From contig CBDCRW010000004.1 in the NCBI GenBank assembly GCA_965221125.1, positions 384,001-448,000 of the forward strand: DNA of 64,000 bases. Direction: 5' to 3'. Made by a program: the position numbers and the translations under genes. The stretch comes from Alphaproteobacteria bacterium (lineage in GTDB: Bacteria; Pseudomonadota; Alphaproteobacteria; UBA828). The notes under the pieces are model-generated. The model worked only from the letters and a program-made list of their open reading frames with translations, did no database searches and had not been told where the DNA came from. Of this stretch, positions 1-8,107 are shown piece after piece; within the stretch, counting starts at the first letter, position 1; each line of letters begins with the position of its first letter.

Positions 1-1
1 C

Positions 2-457
2 TGCATGTCGTCCGACCTGCTGGTGCGGGACGGCGGCACGCTCATCTACTGCAGCCCGTCGCCCGGCGTGAGCACGCATCTCGGCGACTTCCCCGGCCTC
101 GCGCTGATGGACCTGATGAAGCCCTACATGCCGCCCTCGCCTGCGAACCTGGAGCGCGTCTACCGCGACATCCACAGCCGCACCATCGAGATGTGGGCGG
201 GCTGCATCTGGGTGCCGATCTACGAGGTCATGGTGCGCAAGTACCTCCACGTGGTGACGCTGGAGGAGAACCTGGAGATGGCCGCCGATATCGGCATCGA
301 GGCCGGCACCTCGCTGGAGGATGCCTTCGCCGCGGCGATGGCCCGCCACGGGCCGGACGCCAAGGTCGCGGTGCTGCCGTTCGCGCGCTACCAGCTGCCG
401 CGCGATGCGATCCGCATGCCGGTCGAGGTCGAACCCATGGCGGAGGCGGCGGAGTAG
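2..457 (+). CDS. C-terminal part of a LarA (nickel-pincer lactate racemase) superfamily protein; 5' end outside the window
   Basis: Frame open from the window start; LVRDGGTLIYCSPSPG and SLEDAFAAAMARHGPDAKVAVLP resemble the LarA C-terminal domain. Confidence 0.6.
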   Translation, partial: CMSSDLLVRDGGTLIYCSPSPGVSTHLGDFPGLALMDLMKPYMPPSPANLERVYRDIHSRTIEMWAGCIWVPIYEVMVRKYLHVVTLEENLEMAADIGIEAGTSLEDAFAAAMARHGPDAKVAVLPFARYQLPRDAIRMPVEVEPMAEAAE

Positions 458-468
458 GGCAGGCGGCC

Positions 469-798
469 ATGCCTCCCCCCGGCGCGGCCGACGCGGCCGG
501 CGCAGCGCAGCCGATCACCGGGTCGACCACCATCGTGCAGCTGCTGGAGCGCTATCCCGGCGGCGAGGCGGCCGAGCTGATGGCCCGCCTGGCCTGGCCC
601 TGCGCCCACTGCTCGGGCGCGCTGCACGAGCCCATCAGCATGGCCGCCAAGCGCCACGCCAACCGGGCCGGCCCCGTGGTGCGTGCCTTCCGGGCGCTGG
701 AGCACGGCGGCCCGAGCGAGGCCGAGATCGCCGAGGCCGCCGCCCGGCACGAGAAACGCCCCGACCCAGGCGCTCTCTGGTCCCGCTACGCGCGCTAG
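469..798 (+). CDS. DUF1858-like small CxxC (redox disulfide) protein
   Basis: ITGSTTIVQLLERYP...CAHCSGALHEPISMAAKRH fits the DUF1858 pattern; ATG at 469, 11 nt after the upstream stop. Confidence 0.6.
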   Translation: MPPPGAADAAGAAQPITGSTTIVQLLERYPGGEAAELMARLAWPCAHCSGALHEPISMAAKRHANRAGPVVRAFRALEHGGPSEAEIAEAAARHEKRPDPGALWSRYAR

Positions 799-807
799 TC
801 AGGAACA

Positions 808-898
808 ATCCCCCCTCCCCCCGGAGGGTGGGGGGGGGATGCTGACGGCGCCGACCGTTCTCCCTCTCCTCCCTGGGGAGGAGAGGGCCGGGGTGAGG
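808..898. repeat. Two GC-rich hairpins (REP-like or bidirectional terminator) between convergent genes
   Basis: Imperfect ATCCCCCC...GGGGGGAT inverted repeat at 808-840; perfect CCCTCTCCTCC-n4-GGAGGAGAGGG at 862-887 followed by CCGGGGTGAGG. Confidence 0.6.
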
Positions 899-924
899 TG
901 GGGAGGCGTGTCAACGCCGTGCCG

Positions 925-1233
925 CTACTTGTTGGGTGCGGCGATGCGGTTGCCGAAGCAGAAGATCTCGAAATCGCCGTCGACCATGTGGCCCGTCCGC
1001 TCCATCTGGCGCTTGAACCACGGCGTCTCGGTGTGGGCCTGGAAGTCGGCCTCGCTGAGATAGATCTCGTAGAAGAGGAAGCGCCTGGGGTCGTCGCGGT
1101 CGACGGTCACCTCGAAGGAGACGCAGCCCGGCTCCTTGGTCACGCTGTTGGCGGCGTGGCGCTTGACCAGCCGGGTGAACTCGGCGACGTGCTTCTTCTT
1201 GACCCTGAGGGCTGCGGCGACGGTGTAAGGCAT
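925..1233 (-). CDS. Antibiotic biosynthesis monooxygenase (ABM/LsrG-like) family protein
   Basis: MPYTVAAALRVK...KEPGCVSFEV...FLFYEIYLSEADFQAHTETPWF; ATG at 1233 with GGAGG upstream. Confidence 0.85.
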   Translation of the reverse strand: MPYTVAAALRVKKKHVAEFTRLVKRHAANSVTKEPGCVSFEVTVDRDDPRRFLFYEIYLSEADFQAHTETPWFKRQMERTGHMVDGDFEIFCFGNRIAAPNK

Positions 1234-1271
1234 GGGGGTCCTCCCGTGGTGGATGGTGACTGCGATACCGT

Positions 1272-2876
1272 TCAGGCGGCGGCGCGGATCATCTCGGCCG
1301 CGCGCTCGCCGATCATGATACAGGTGGCGTTGAGGTTGGCGCTGACGACGGTCGGCATGATCGAGGCGTCGGCCACGTAGAGCCCGTCCAGCCCGCGCAC
1401 CTTGAGGCCGTCGTCGACCACCGCCAGCGGGTCGTGCCCCATCTTGCAGGTGCCGGCGGGGTGATAGACGCCGATGGCGTTGGCGCGGATGTAGTCGCGC
1501 CACTCGTCGTCGCTCTCCACGCCCTTGCCCGGCAGGTGCTCGCCCACGATGTAGCGCGCGATGGGCTCGCTCGCGAGCACGGTGCGGAAGAAGCGCGCAC
1601 CCAGCACCAGGGTTTCGATATCGCGCGCGTCGGCGAAGAGGTTGGGCTGGATCGCGGGCTGGGCCAGCGGGTCGGCCGAGGCGAGGCGCACGGTGCCGGC
1701 GGAATAGGGCCGGTGCAGCGTCGTCAGCCCGGTGATCGCGGGCCTCTCGAAGACCTCCGGCCCGTCGGCGGTGAGGTCGTAGCCCGCCGGCGAGAACATG
1801 TACTGCACGTGGGAGCGCGACTTGCTCGGATCGCAGCGGCGGAAGCCGAAGACCTGGGCGATGGGCGTGGACGCAGGCCCGGTGCCCGCCAGCAGCCACC
1901 GGGCGCCGTGGAACAGCGCGCTCACGAGCCCGGTCTGCACGTTGTAGGTCGTGCGGTTGACCCACATGGTCTGGCTGATCCCGGCGTGGTCCTGCATGTT
2001 CTCGCCGACGCCGGGCAGCTCGTGGCGCACCTCGATCCCGTGCGCGCGGAGGTGGGCGGCGGGGCCGACGCCGGAGAGCATCAGGAGCTGCGGCGAGCCG
2101 AAGGTGCCGGCGCAGAGGACGACCGCCCTGGTCGCGGTGGCCTGCTCGCGCCGGCCGCGCCGGAGGTAATCCACGCCGACGGCGCGCGTGCCCTCGAACC
2201 TGAGCCCGAGCGCCTGGGCGTGGGTGACGATGCGCAGGTTCTCGCGCCTTCTGGCCGGCCAAAGGTAGGCGCGCGACGCGCTGTGGCGCCAGCCCTTGCG
2301 CTGCGTCGCCTGGACGTAGCCCACGCCCATCTGCGGCGGCGCGTTGATGTCCTCGCGGAAGGTCATGCCCGCGTTCACGCAGGTCTCGACCAGGACGCGG
2401 GAGAGCGGGTGCAGCGAGCGGATGTGGGAGACCGAGAGCGGCCCGCCTGCGCCCCGGTACTCGTCGGCGCCGCCCTCGAAATCCTCCAGGCGGCGGAAGT
2501 AGGGGAGCACGTGCTCGAAGTCCCAGCCGCGGCACCCCTGCGCCGCCCACTCGTTGTAGTCCTCGGGCGCGCCCCGTACGAACGAGGTGGCGTTGATCGA
2601 GCTGGTGCCGCCCAGCACCTTGCCGCGCGGCATGTAGTCCTCGCGCCCGCCCCGCGTGGGGTCGGGCTCGGCCATGAAGCGCCAGTCGTAGCGCGGGTTG
2701 GTGATGCCGTAGAGCATGGTGCCCGCCGGCATCAGGATGACGAGGCGGCGGTCCGAGCCGCCGGCCTCGAGCAGCAGCACCTTGCGGCGTCCGTCCTCTG
2801 AGAGCCGGGCGGCGACCACGCTGCCGCTGGAGCCGGCGCCGACGACGATGTAGTCCGCTTGCTGGTCCGAGGGCAT
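1272..2876 (-). CDS. GMC family oxidoreductase (choline dehydrogenase-like)
   Basis: DYIVVGAGSSG FAD motif, PRGKVLGGTSSIN, SPQLLMLSGVGP, YHPAGTCKMG, VADASIMP. Confidence 0.92.
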   Translation of the reverse strand: MPSDQQADYIVVGAGSSGSVVAARLSEDGRRKVLLLEAGGSDRRLVILMPAGTMLYGITNPRYDWRFMAEPDPTRGGREDYMPRGKVLGGTSSINATSFVRGAPEDYNEWAAQGCRGWDFEHVLPYFRRLEDFEGGADEYRGAGGPLSVSHIRSLHPLSRVLVETCVNAGMTFREDINAPPQMGVGYVQATQRKGWRHSASRAYLWPARRRENLRIVTHAQALGLRFEGTRAVGVDYLRRGRREQATATRAVVLCAGTFGSPQLLMLSGVGPAAHLRAHGIEVRHELPGVGENMQDHAGISQTMWVNRTTYNVQTGLVSALFHGARWLLAGTGPASTPIAQVFGFRRCDPSKSRSHVQYMFSPAGYDLTADGPEVFERPAITGLTTLHRPYSAGTVRLASADPLAQPAIQPNLFADARDIETLVLGARFFRTVLASEPIARYIVGEHLPGKGVESDDEWRDYIRANAIGVYHPAGTCKMGHDPLAVVDDGLKVRGLDGLYVADASIMPTVVSANLNATCIMIGERAAEMIRAAA

Positions 2877-2910
2877 CGCCCGGACCGTTAGCGAATTGTC
2901 GGCCGAAGGA

Positions 2911-3525
2911 TCAGGAGCCGCCGCTGACGGTCGCCTTGCTGATGACCACCGCCTCCTGCGGCACGTCGCTCGGGAAGGGGCCGCCGGGGCCGGTCTTGAG
3001 CGCGGCGATGCGGTCCACCGTCTCCATGCCGTCCACCACCCGGCCGAACGCGGCGTAGCCCCAGCCTTGCGGGTTCTTGCCGCGGTGGTTGAGGAAGTCG
3101 TTGTCGACGACGTTGATGAAGAACTGCGCGGTGGCGGAGTGGGGGTCCGCGGTGCGCGCCATGGCGATGGTCCCCCGGTCGTTGCCCGGCGCGTTCGGCG
3201 CCTCGTTCTCGATCGGCGCGCGCGTCTTCAGCTGCTCGTAGCGCTCCGTGTAGCCGCCGCCCTGGATCATGAAGCCCGCGATCACGCGGTGGAAGATGGT
3301 CCCGTCGAAATGGCCGTCGCGGACGTACTGCACGAAGTTCGCCACGGTCTCGGGCGCGGCCTCCGGCTCGAGCGCGACTGCGAAGGAGCCGTGCGTGGTC
3401 TCGAACGTGACGACGGGGCTCGCCGCCTCGTCGGCCTGTGTCTCGGTCTGGTCACTCATCATGATCCCCGCCGCGACGACAAGCGCGAGCAAGACGGACG
3501 GCCGTCGCAATTTGAGTTTGAACAA
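2911..3525 (-). CDS. ppiA: Cyclophilin-type peptidyl-prolyl cis-trans isomerase, probably exported
   Basis: FHRVIAGFMIQGGG, RGTIAMART, SATAQFFIN, GYAAFGRVVDG; hydrophobic N-terminus; start uncertain. Confidence 0.88.
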   Translation of the reverse strand: MFKLKLRRPSVLLALVVAAGIMMSDQTETQADEAASPVVTFETTHGSFAVALEPEAAPETVANFVQYVRDGHFDGTIFHRVIAGFMIQGGGYTERYEQLKTRAPIENEAPNAPGNDRGTIAMARTADPHSATAQFFINVVDNDFLNHRGKNPQGWGYAAFGRVVDGMETVDRIAALKTGPGGPFPSDVPQEAVVISKATVSGGS

Positions 3526-3630
3526 GGCTCCGCTCCCGAATCGTTGTGGTGCGTGCTGCGGCGCAGTCTACACACCGCGTCCCGAAAACATAGGTGTGCC
3601 CCGCTCTCACCACCGGCGCCGGGGGCTTTC

Positions 3631-3659
3631 TTGACACACCCCGGCGGCGACCGTAGCGT
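3631..3659 (+). promoter_or_regulatory. Putative sigma70 promoter of the sugar ABC operon
   Basis: TTGACA-17 nt-TAGCGT upstream of the ATG at 3718. Confidence 0.5.
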
Positions 3660-3717
3660 TTTCACCAGCAAGCTCGGTTCTGATCTTCACAACGCAGAAA
3701 CGCTAAGGGAGGCGCAT

Positions 3718-5142
3718 ATGCGGAAATCAGACAATGACGTGAGAGCCTTCGACAACGCGGTGAAGCGCATCAAGCACTTCCGCGAACGGGAACTCACCCG
3801 TCGCCAGGTGCTTCAGGCGTCCGCCGCGACGGCGCTGGGTGCGACGCTCGCATCGCAGTTCGTGCCCAGGGAGGTGCACGCCGACGTGGGCGGGACGATC
3901 GTTCACTTCGCCTCGTCCGGCAAGCGGCTCGCCAACTCCTTGCGGGCGGTCAAGCCGCTCTTCGACAAGGTGTACCCGAACGTGACCCTCGAGGTCGTCT
4001 CGAAGCCCATGAGCGAGGCGTTGACCCAGATCAACACCTACATGCGGTCCAAGAGCGACTCCTTCGACGTCGTCACCCAGGACCACGCCCAGTTCGCATC
4101 GCTCGACGCCATGGGCGCGCTGACCGACCTCGGCCCCTATCTGGAGCCGTTCCCGGATTGGCTCGCGGACTATCGCGAGGACGTGCCGGAGTCGTACCGG
4201 CACATGTGGAACCTGCCCAAGGGGCCGGCACCGCCAGGCTACATCGCAGCGCTGGCGCCCGACGGCAACGCGATGATGACCTTCTACCGCAAGGACGTCT
4301 TCGAGAGTGCGGGCATCCCGGTGCCGGAGACCTGGGACGACGTGATCGACGCCTGCAAGGAGATCCACGACCCGGCCAACGAGCGCTACGCCTACTGCGC
4401 TGCGATGGCGCGCAACTTCTGGGCCGGCTACCAGTACTACGGCTCGCTCCGCAGCATGGGCGGCGACGTCTTCGCGGACGAGATCAACCAGGACTGGACG
4501 GTGGGGATCAACACCGAAGAGGGCTACCAGGCGCTCAAGGTGCTGGTCGATCTCCAGAAGTTCGCCCACCCGGTCTCCGCCAACGCAGGCGAGGACGAGG
4601 TCAACCTGGTGTTCTCCCAGGGCACGGCGCTCTACAGCCCGCTCACCTGGGGCACGGCGGTGCTCAACGACCCGACCTACACCGACCTGCACGAGCACTG
4701 GCACATGGACCTCTCGCCGAGAGGCACCGGACCCAACGGCGGGCACCGGGCGCTTACCGGCGGCTTCGGCCAGTTCATGCCGACCTGGGGCGGCAACCGG
4801 GAGACCGCGTTCGCCTGGATCAAGTTCCTCAACTCGGGCGACCGCGAGGATCTCGGCGGCAGTCCGGCGATCGCGGATGCGATCGTGGGCGCCGGCGGCC
4901 AGCTCTCGCGGCGGTCCACGCTCAGCCGCTGGTCCGACCGCAAGCCCTTCTTCGTCGGCTTGATGAAGGCCTATCCGGTCTGCGTCGTGAACGCGCCGGT
5001 GATCCCGGAGGCGTACTCCATCATGGGCGCCATGGGCGAGGAGGTCGCCGACGCCGTCAACGAGGAACAGAGCATCGAGGATGCGCTCGCCGCCATGGAC
5101 AAGCGGGTCAGGCGCATCATGGATGACGCCGGCTACGGTTAA
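3718..5142 (+). CDS. Carbohydrate-type ABC transporter substrate-binding protein with Tat signal
   Basis: GGGAGG RBS before ATG 3718; LTRRQVLQ twin-arginine motif; FYRKDVFE...PETWDDV family 1 SBP motif. Confidence 0.88.
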   Translation: MRKSDNDVRAFDNAVKRIKHFRERELTRRQVLQASAATALGATLASQFVPREVHADVGGTIVHFASSGKRLANSLRAVKPLFDKVYPNVTLEVVSKPMSEALTQINTYMRSKSDSFDVVTQDHAQFASLDAMGALTDLGPYLEPFPDWLADYREDVPESYRHMWNLPKGPAPPGYIAALAPDGNAMMTFYRKDVFESAGIPVPETWDDVIDACKEIHDPANERYAYCAAMARNFWAGYQYYGSLRSMGGDVFADEINQDWTVGINTEEGYQALKVLVDLQKFAHPVSANAGEDEVNLVFSQGTALYSPLTWGTAVLNDPTYTDLHEHWHMDLSPRGTGPNGGHRALTGGFGQFMPTWGGNRETAFAWIKFLNSGDREDLGGSPAIADAIVGAGGQLSRRSTLSRWSDRKPFFVGLMKAYPVCVVNAPVIPEAYSIMGAMGEEVADAVNEEQSIEDALAAMDKRVRRIMDDAGYG

Positions 5143-5187
5143 GTCAGCCGGCTTGCGTGAGGACAGGGGCTCTCCGGAGCCTCTGCC

Positions 5188-6153
5188 GTGACCGCAGTTA
5201 CCGTTGAGGCCCGGCCGCCGCGTGCGGCCGGGCCGTCCGCTCCGCTGCGGCCGGGGGCCGTGGCGCGTCAGCAGCGGCGCACCGCCTACCTGTTGCTTGC
5301 GCCCTGCGTGATCATCCTGCTGGCGCTCGCGATCTTTCCGCTGATCTTCGCGGGCACGCTCTCCTTCAAGGTCGATTCGCTCTACAACCCCGACATCGCC
5401 CGCTTCGTCGGCTGGCGCAATTACAACGACCTGTTCGACGACCGCCGCTTCTGGAACAGCATCGAGCTCACGGTGATATGGTCCGTCACCGTCGTCTCGA
5501 TCCAGATGGTGCTCGGCTTCTTCCTCGCCGTGCTGCTGGACCGCAAGATGAAGGGCGCGGGGCTGCTGCGCACCCTCATCATCATCCCGGTGTTCATCTC
5601 GCCCATCGCCATGGGGCTCACCTGGCGCTTCATCTTCGAGCCGGTCTCGGGGTTGGCCAACTGGATCCTGAACACCGGCTTCGGGCTGGAGAAGTGGACC
5701 TGGCTCTCGCACAAGGACACGGCGCTGGCGACGCTGATGTTCGTCGACTGCTGGCAGTGGACGCCCTTCATCGCGCTGATCCTGCTCGCCGGCATGCAGA
5801 GCATCTCGCCCGAGATTACCGAGGCCGCGCGCCTCGACCGGGTGCGCGGCGTCACCTACTACTGGCGCATCGTCATTCCGTTGATCCGCCCGGTCATCAT
5901 GGTGGTGATCCTGATCCGGCTGGTGGATTCGATCCGCATCTTCGATCTCAACTTCATCATGACCAAGGGCGGGCCGGGATCGTCGACGCTGCTCGCCAGC
6001 GTCTATGACTACACCATCTTCGAGCAGGGCCATCTCGGCCTGATGGCGGCCTACGGCTTCCTGATTCTGATTCTCATCAACATCGTCGTGCTCGCCTTCC
6101 TCAACACGCTCTACCGAACGGAGAAGGCGGCGCGCGCCGCCGATGCGCCATGA
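5188..6153 (+). CDS. Carbohydrate ABC transporter permease (MalF/UgpA-like)
   Basis: FVGWRNY, WQWTPF, EAARLD EAA loop, MTKGGPG. Confidence 0.92.
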   Translation: MTAVTVEARPPRAAGPSAPLRPGAVARQQRRTAYLLLAPCVIILLALAIFPLIFAGTLSFKVDSLYNPDIARFVGWRNYNDLFDDRRFWNSIELTVIWSVTVVSIQMVLGFFLAVLLDRKMKGAGLLRTLIIIPVFISPIAMGLTWRFIFEPVSGLANWILNTGFGLEKWTWLSHKDTALATLMFVDCWQWTPFIALILLAGMQSISPEITEAARLDRVRGVTYYWRIVIPLIRPVIMVVILIRLVDSIRIFDLNFIMTKGGPGSSTLLASVYDYTIFEQGHLGLMAAYGFLILILINIVVLAFLNTLYRTEKAARAADAP

Positions 6154-6971
6154 TGTCGTCGATCTACATGCGCGCGATCAACGTGCTCGCCGTGGTCGTC
6201 GTCATCGTCTGGCTGATCCCGGTGGTGTGGGTGGCGATCACCTCGATCAAGCCCACCAACGTCATCAATGCCGAGGTGCCGACCTTCTACTCGTTCGAGC
6301 CGACCGGCGAGCACTACGTCGAGATCTTCGACCGCTTCCGCATGGACCGCGCCATCGTGAACAGCCTGATCACGGTCGGCGTGTCCACGCTGATCGTGAT
6401 GATTCTAGCGCTGCCGGCGGCCTACGCGGTGGCGCGCATGGGGCTCATGGGGGGCGATACCTGGGCCCTTGTCATATTGTCATTGCGGTTCCTGCCGGGC
6501 GTGGTCGTCGTGCTGCCCTACTTCAAGATGGCCACCTGGTTCAGTCTGATCGACACGCAGATCGTGCTGATCGTGGTCTATGTCGCCTTCGGTCTGCCGT
6601 TCGCGGTCTGGATTCTGCGCGGATTCCTGCTGGATTTGCCGAAGGAGGTGGAGGAGGCGGCGCGGCTCGACGGCTTGAGCTGGCTGCAGATCATCTTCCG
6701 GCTGATTCTGCCCATGGCGGCGCCCGGCATCGCGGTCACGGCCATCTTCACCTTCGTCTTCAGCTGGAACGAGTACCTCTATGCCCTCTTCCTCACCTAC
6801 GACGCCGCGACGACGATGCCGGTCGCGCTGCAGAAGACCATCGACCTCTACAACGTGCTGTGGGGTTCGCTCAGCGCCGGCGCGGTGATACAGCTATTGC
6901 CGATGATCGCCGTCGTGTTCCTCCTCCAGCGACACATCGCGCGCGGTCTCGCGTTGGGCGCGGTGAAATAG
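6150..6971 (+). CDS. Carbohydrate ABC transporter permease (MalG/UgpE-like)
   Basis: PKEVEEAARLDG EAA motif, FSWNEYL; ATGA overlap. Confidence 0.92.
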   Translation: MMSSIYMRAINVLAVVVVIVWLIPVVWVAITSIKPTNVINAEVPTFYSFEPTGEHYVEIFDRFRMDRAIVNSLITVGVSTLIVMILALPAAYAVARMGLMGGDTWALVILSLRFLPGVVVVLPYFKMATWFSLIDTQIVLIVVYVAFGLPFAVWILRGFLLDLPKEVEEAARLDGLSWLQIIFRLILPMAAPGIAVTAIFTFVFSWNEYLYALFLTYDAATTMPVALQKTIDLYNVLWGSLSAGAVIQLLPMIAVVFLLQRHIARGLALGAVK

Positions 6972-6978
6972 GGCCGCC

Positions 6979-8064
6979 ATGAACGTCACGCTCCGCGGAC
7001 TGGTCAAGCGCTTTCGCGACGGCACCGAAGCCGTCAAGGGCATCGACCTCGACATCGCCAAGGGCGAGTTCCTGACCCTGCTGGGGCCGTCGGGCTGCGG
7101 CAAGACCACGACGCTCCGCCTGATCGCAGGGCTGGAGGAGCCGACCGAGGGCACCATCGCCATCGGCGAGCGCGACGTCACCCACGTCAACCCCGGCGAC
7201 CGCGACGTGGCGATGGTGTTCCAGACCTACGCGCTCTATCCGCACATGACCGCGCTGCAGAACATGACGCTCGGCCTCACGGTCGCCGGCATGTCCAAGG
7301 CCGAGGCGCACGAGAAGGCGCGGGAGACGGCGAAGCTGCTCAACATCGAGCCGCTGCTCGAGCGCAAGCCGGCGAAGCTCTCGGGCGGGGAGCGCCAGCG
7401 CGTGGCCTTGGGTCGCGCCATGGTCCGCAGCCCCGCCTGCTACCTGATGGACGAGCCGCTGTCGAACCTCGACCTCAAACTGCGCGAGCACATGCGCACG
7501 GAGCTGAAGCGCCTCCATCAGGCGTACAAGGTCACGACGATCTACGTCACCCACGACCAGGCCGAGGCGCTGATCCTCTCCGACCGCGTCGCCGTGCTCG
7601 ACAAGGGTGAGCTTCAGCAGGTCGCCGATCCGGTCACGATCTACGAGCGCCCGGCGAACATGTTCGTCGCCGACTTCATCGGCAGCCCCGGCATCAACTT
7701 CCTGAGCGGCTCTCTCGACGACGGCGCGGTCACCGTCGCCGGCCGCACGCTGGACGGCATCGGCGCCGAGGGCTCGGCGTCCGTCGTGCTCGGCATCCGG
7801 CCCGAGGACGTGCAGCTGCAGGCGCCCGGCGAAGGCATCGTCGACGGCACCATCGAGTTCACCGAATCCTACGGCGGCGTCATCATCGCCTTCGTCGCGC
7901 TGGACGGCGGCGACGGCCTGCTGGTCGACCGCGAATACGTGGCGGCGAGCATCGACGTGCACGAGCCGGTCACCGTGGGCGCCCAGGTCGGCATCGCCTT
8001 CCGCGCGAGCCGTATCACCCTCTTCGACGCCGAGTCCGGCCTCTCGCTCGCGCGAGCCCAGTGA
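6979..8064 (+). CDS. ABC transporter ATP-binding protein (MalK/UgpC-like)
   Basis: GPSGCGKT Walker A, LSGGERQR, YLMDEPLSNLD, TOBE-like C-terminus. Confidence 0.93.
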   Translation: MNVTLRGLVKRFRDGTEAVKGIDLDIAKGEFLTLLGPSGCGKTTTLRLIAGLEEPTEGTIAIGERDVTHVNPGDRDVAMVFQTYALYPHMTALQNMTLGLTVAGMSKAEAHEKARETAKLLNIEPLLERKPAKLSGGERQRVALGRAMVRSPACYLMDEPLSNLDLKLREHMRTELKRLHQAYKVTTIYVTHDQAEALILSDRVAVLDKGELQQVADPVTIYERPANMFVADFIGSPGINFLSGSLDDGAVTVAGRTLDGIGAEGSASVVLGIRPEDVQLQAPGEGIVDGTIEFTESYGGVIIAFVALDGGDGLLVDREYVAASIDVHEPVTVGAQVGIAFRASRITLFDAESGLSLARAQ

Positions 8065-8107
8065 GCGGCCGCCCGGCGGCACGCACGCCCGGCCCTAAGA
8101 GGGCGCG

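Noticed and set aside
925-2550. Apparent N-terminal extensions or fusions in the ORF track (ABM 541 aa, potI 519 aa, etfB 643 aa, nadD 541 aa, proB 636 aa, integrase 2 488 aa)
   Set aside because: Artefacts of choosing the most upstream start; the real starts have an RBS or stop/start overlap and match family N-termini
3727-6033. Very long antisense or alternative-frame ORFs (e.g. 3727-6033 -, 8015-10096 -, 19399-21279 -, 40999-43566 +, 45450-47540 +)
   Set aside because: They shadow well-supported genes and lack motifs; expected in high-GC DNA, where stops are rare in alternative frames
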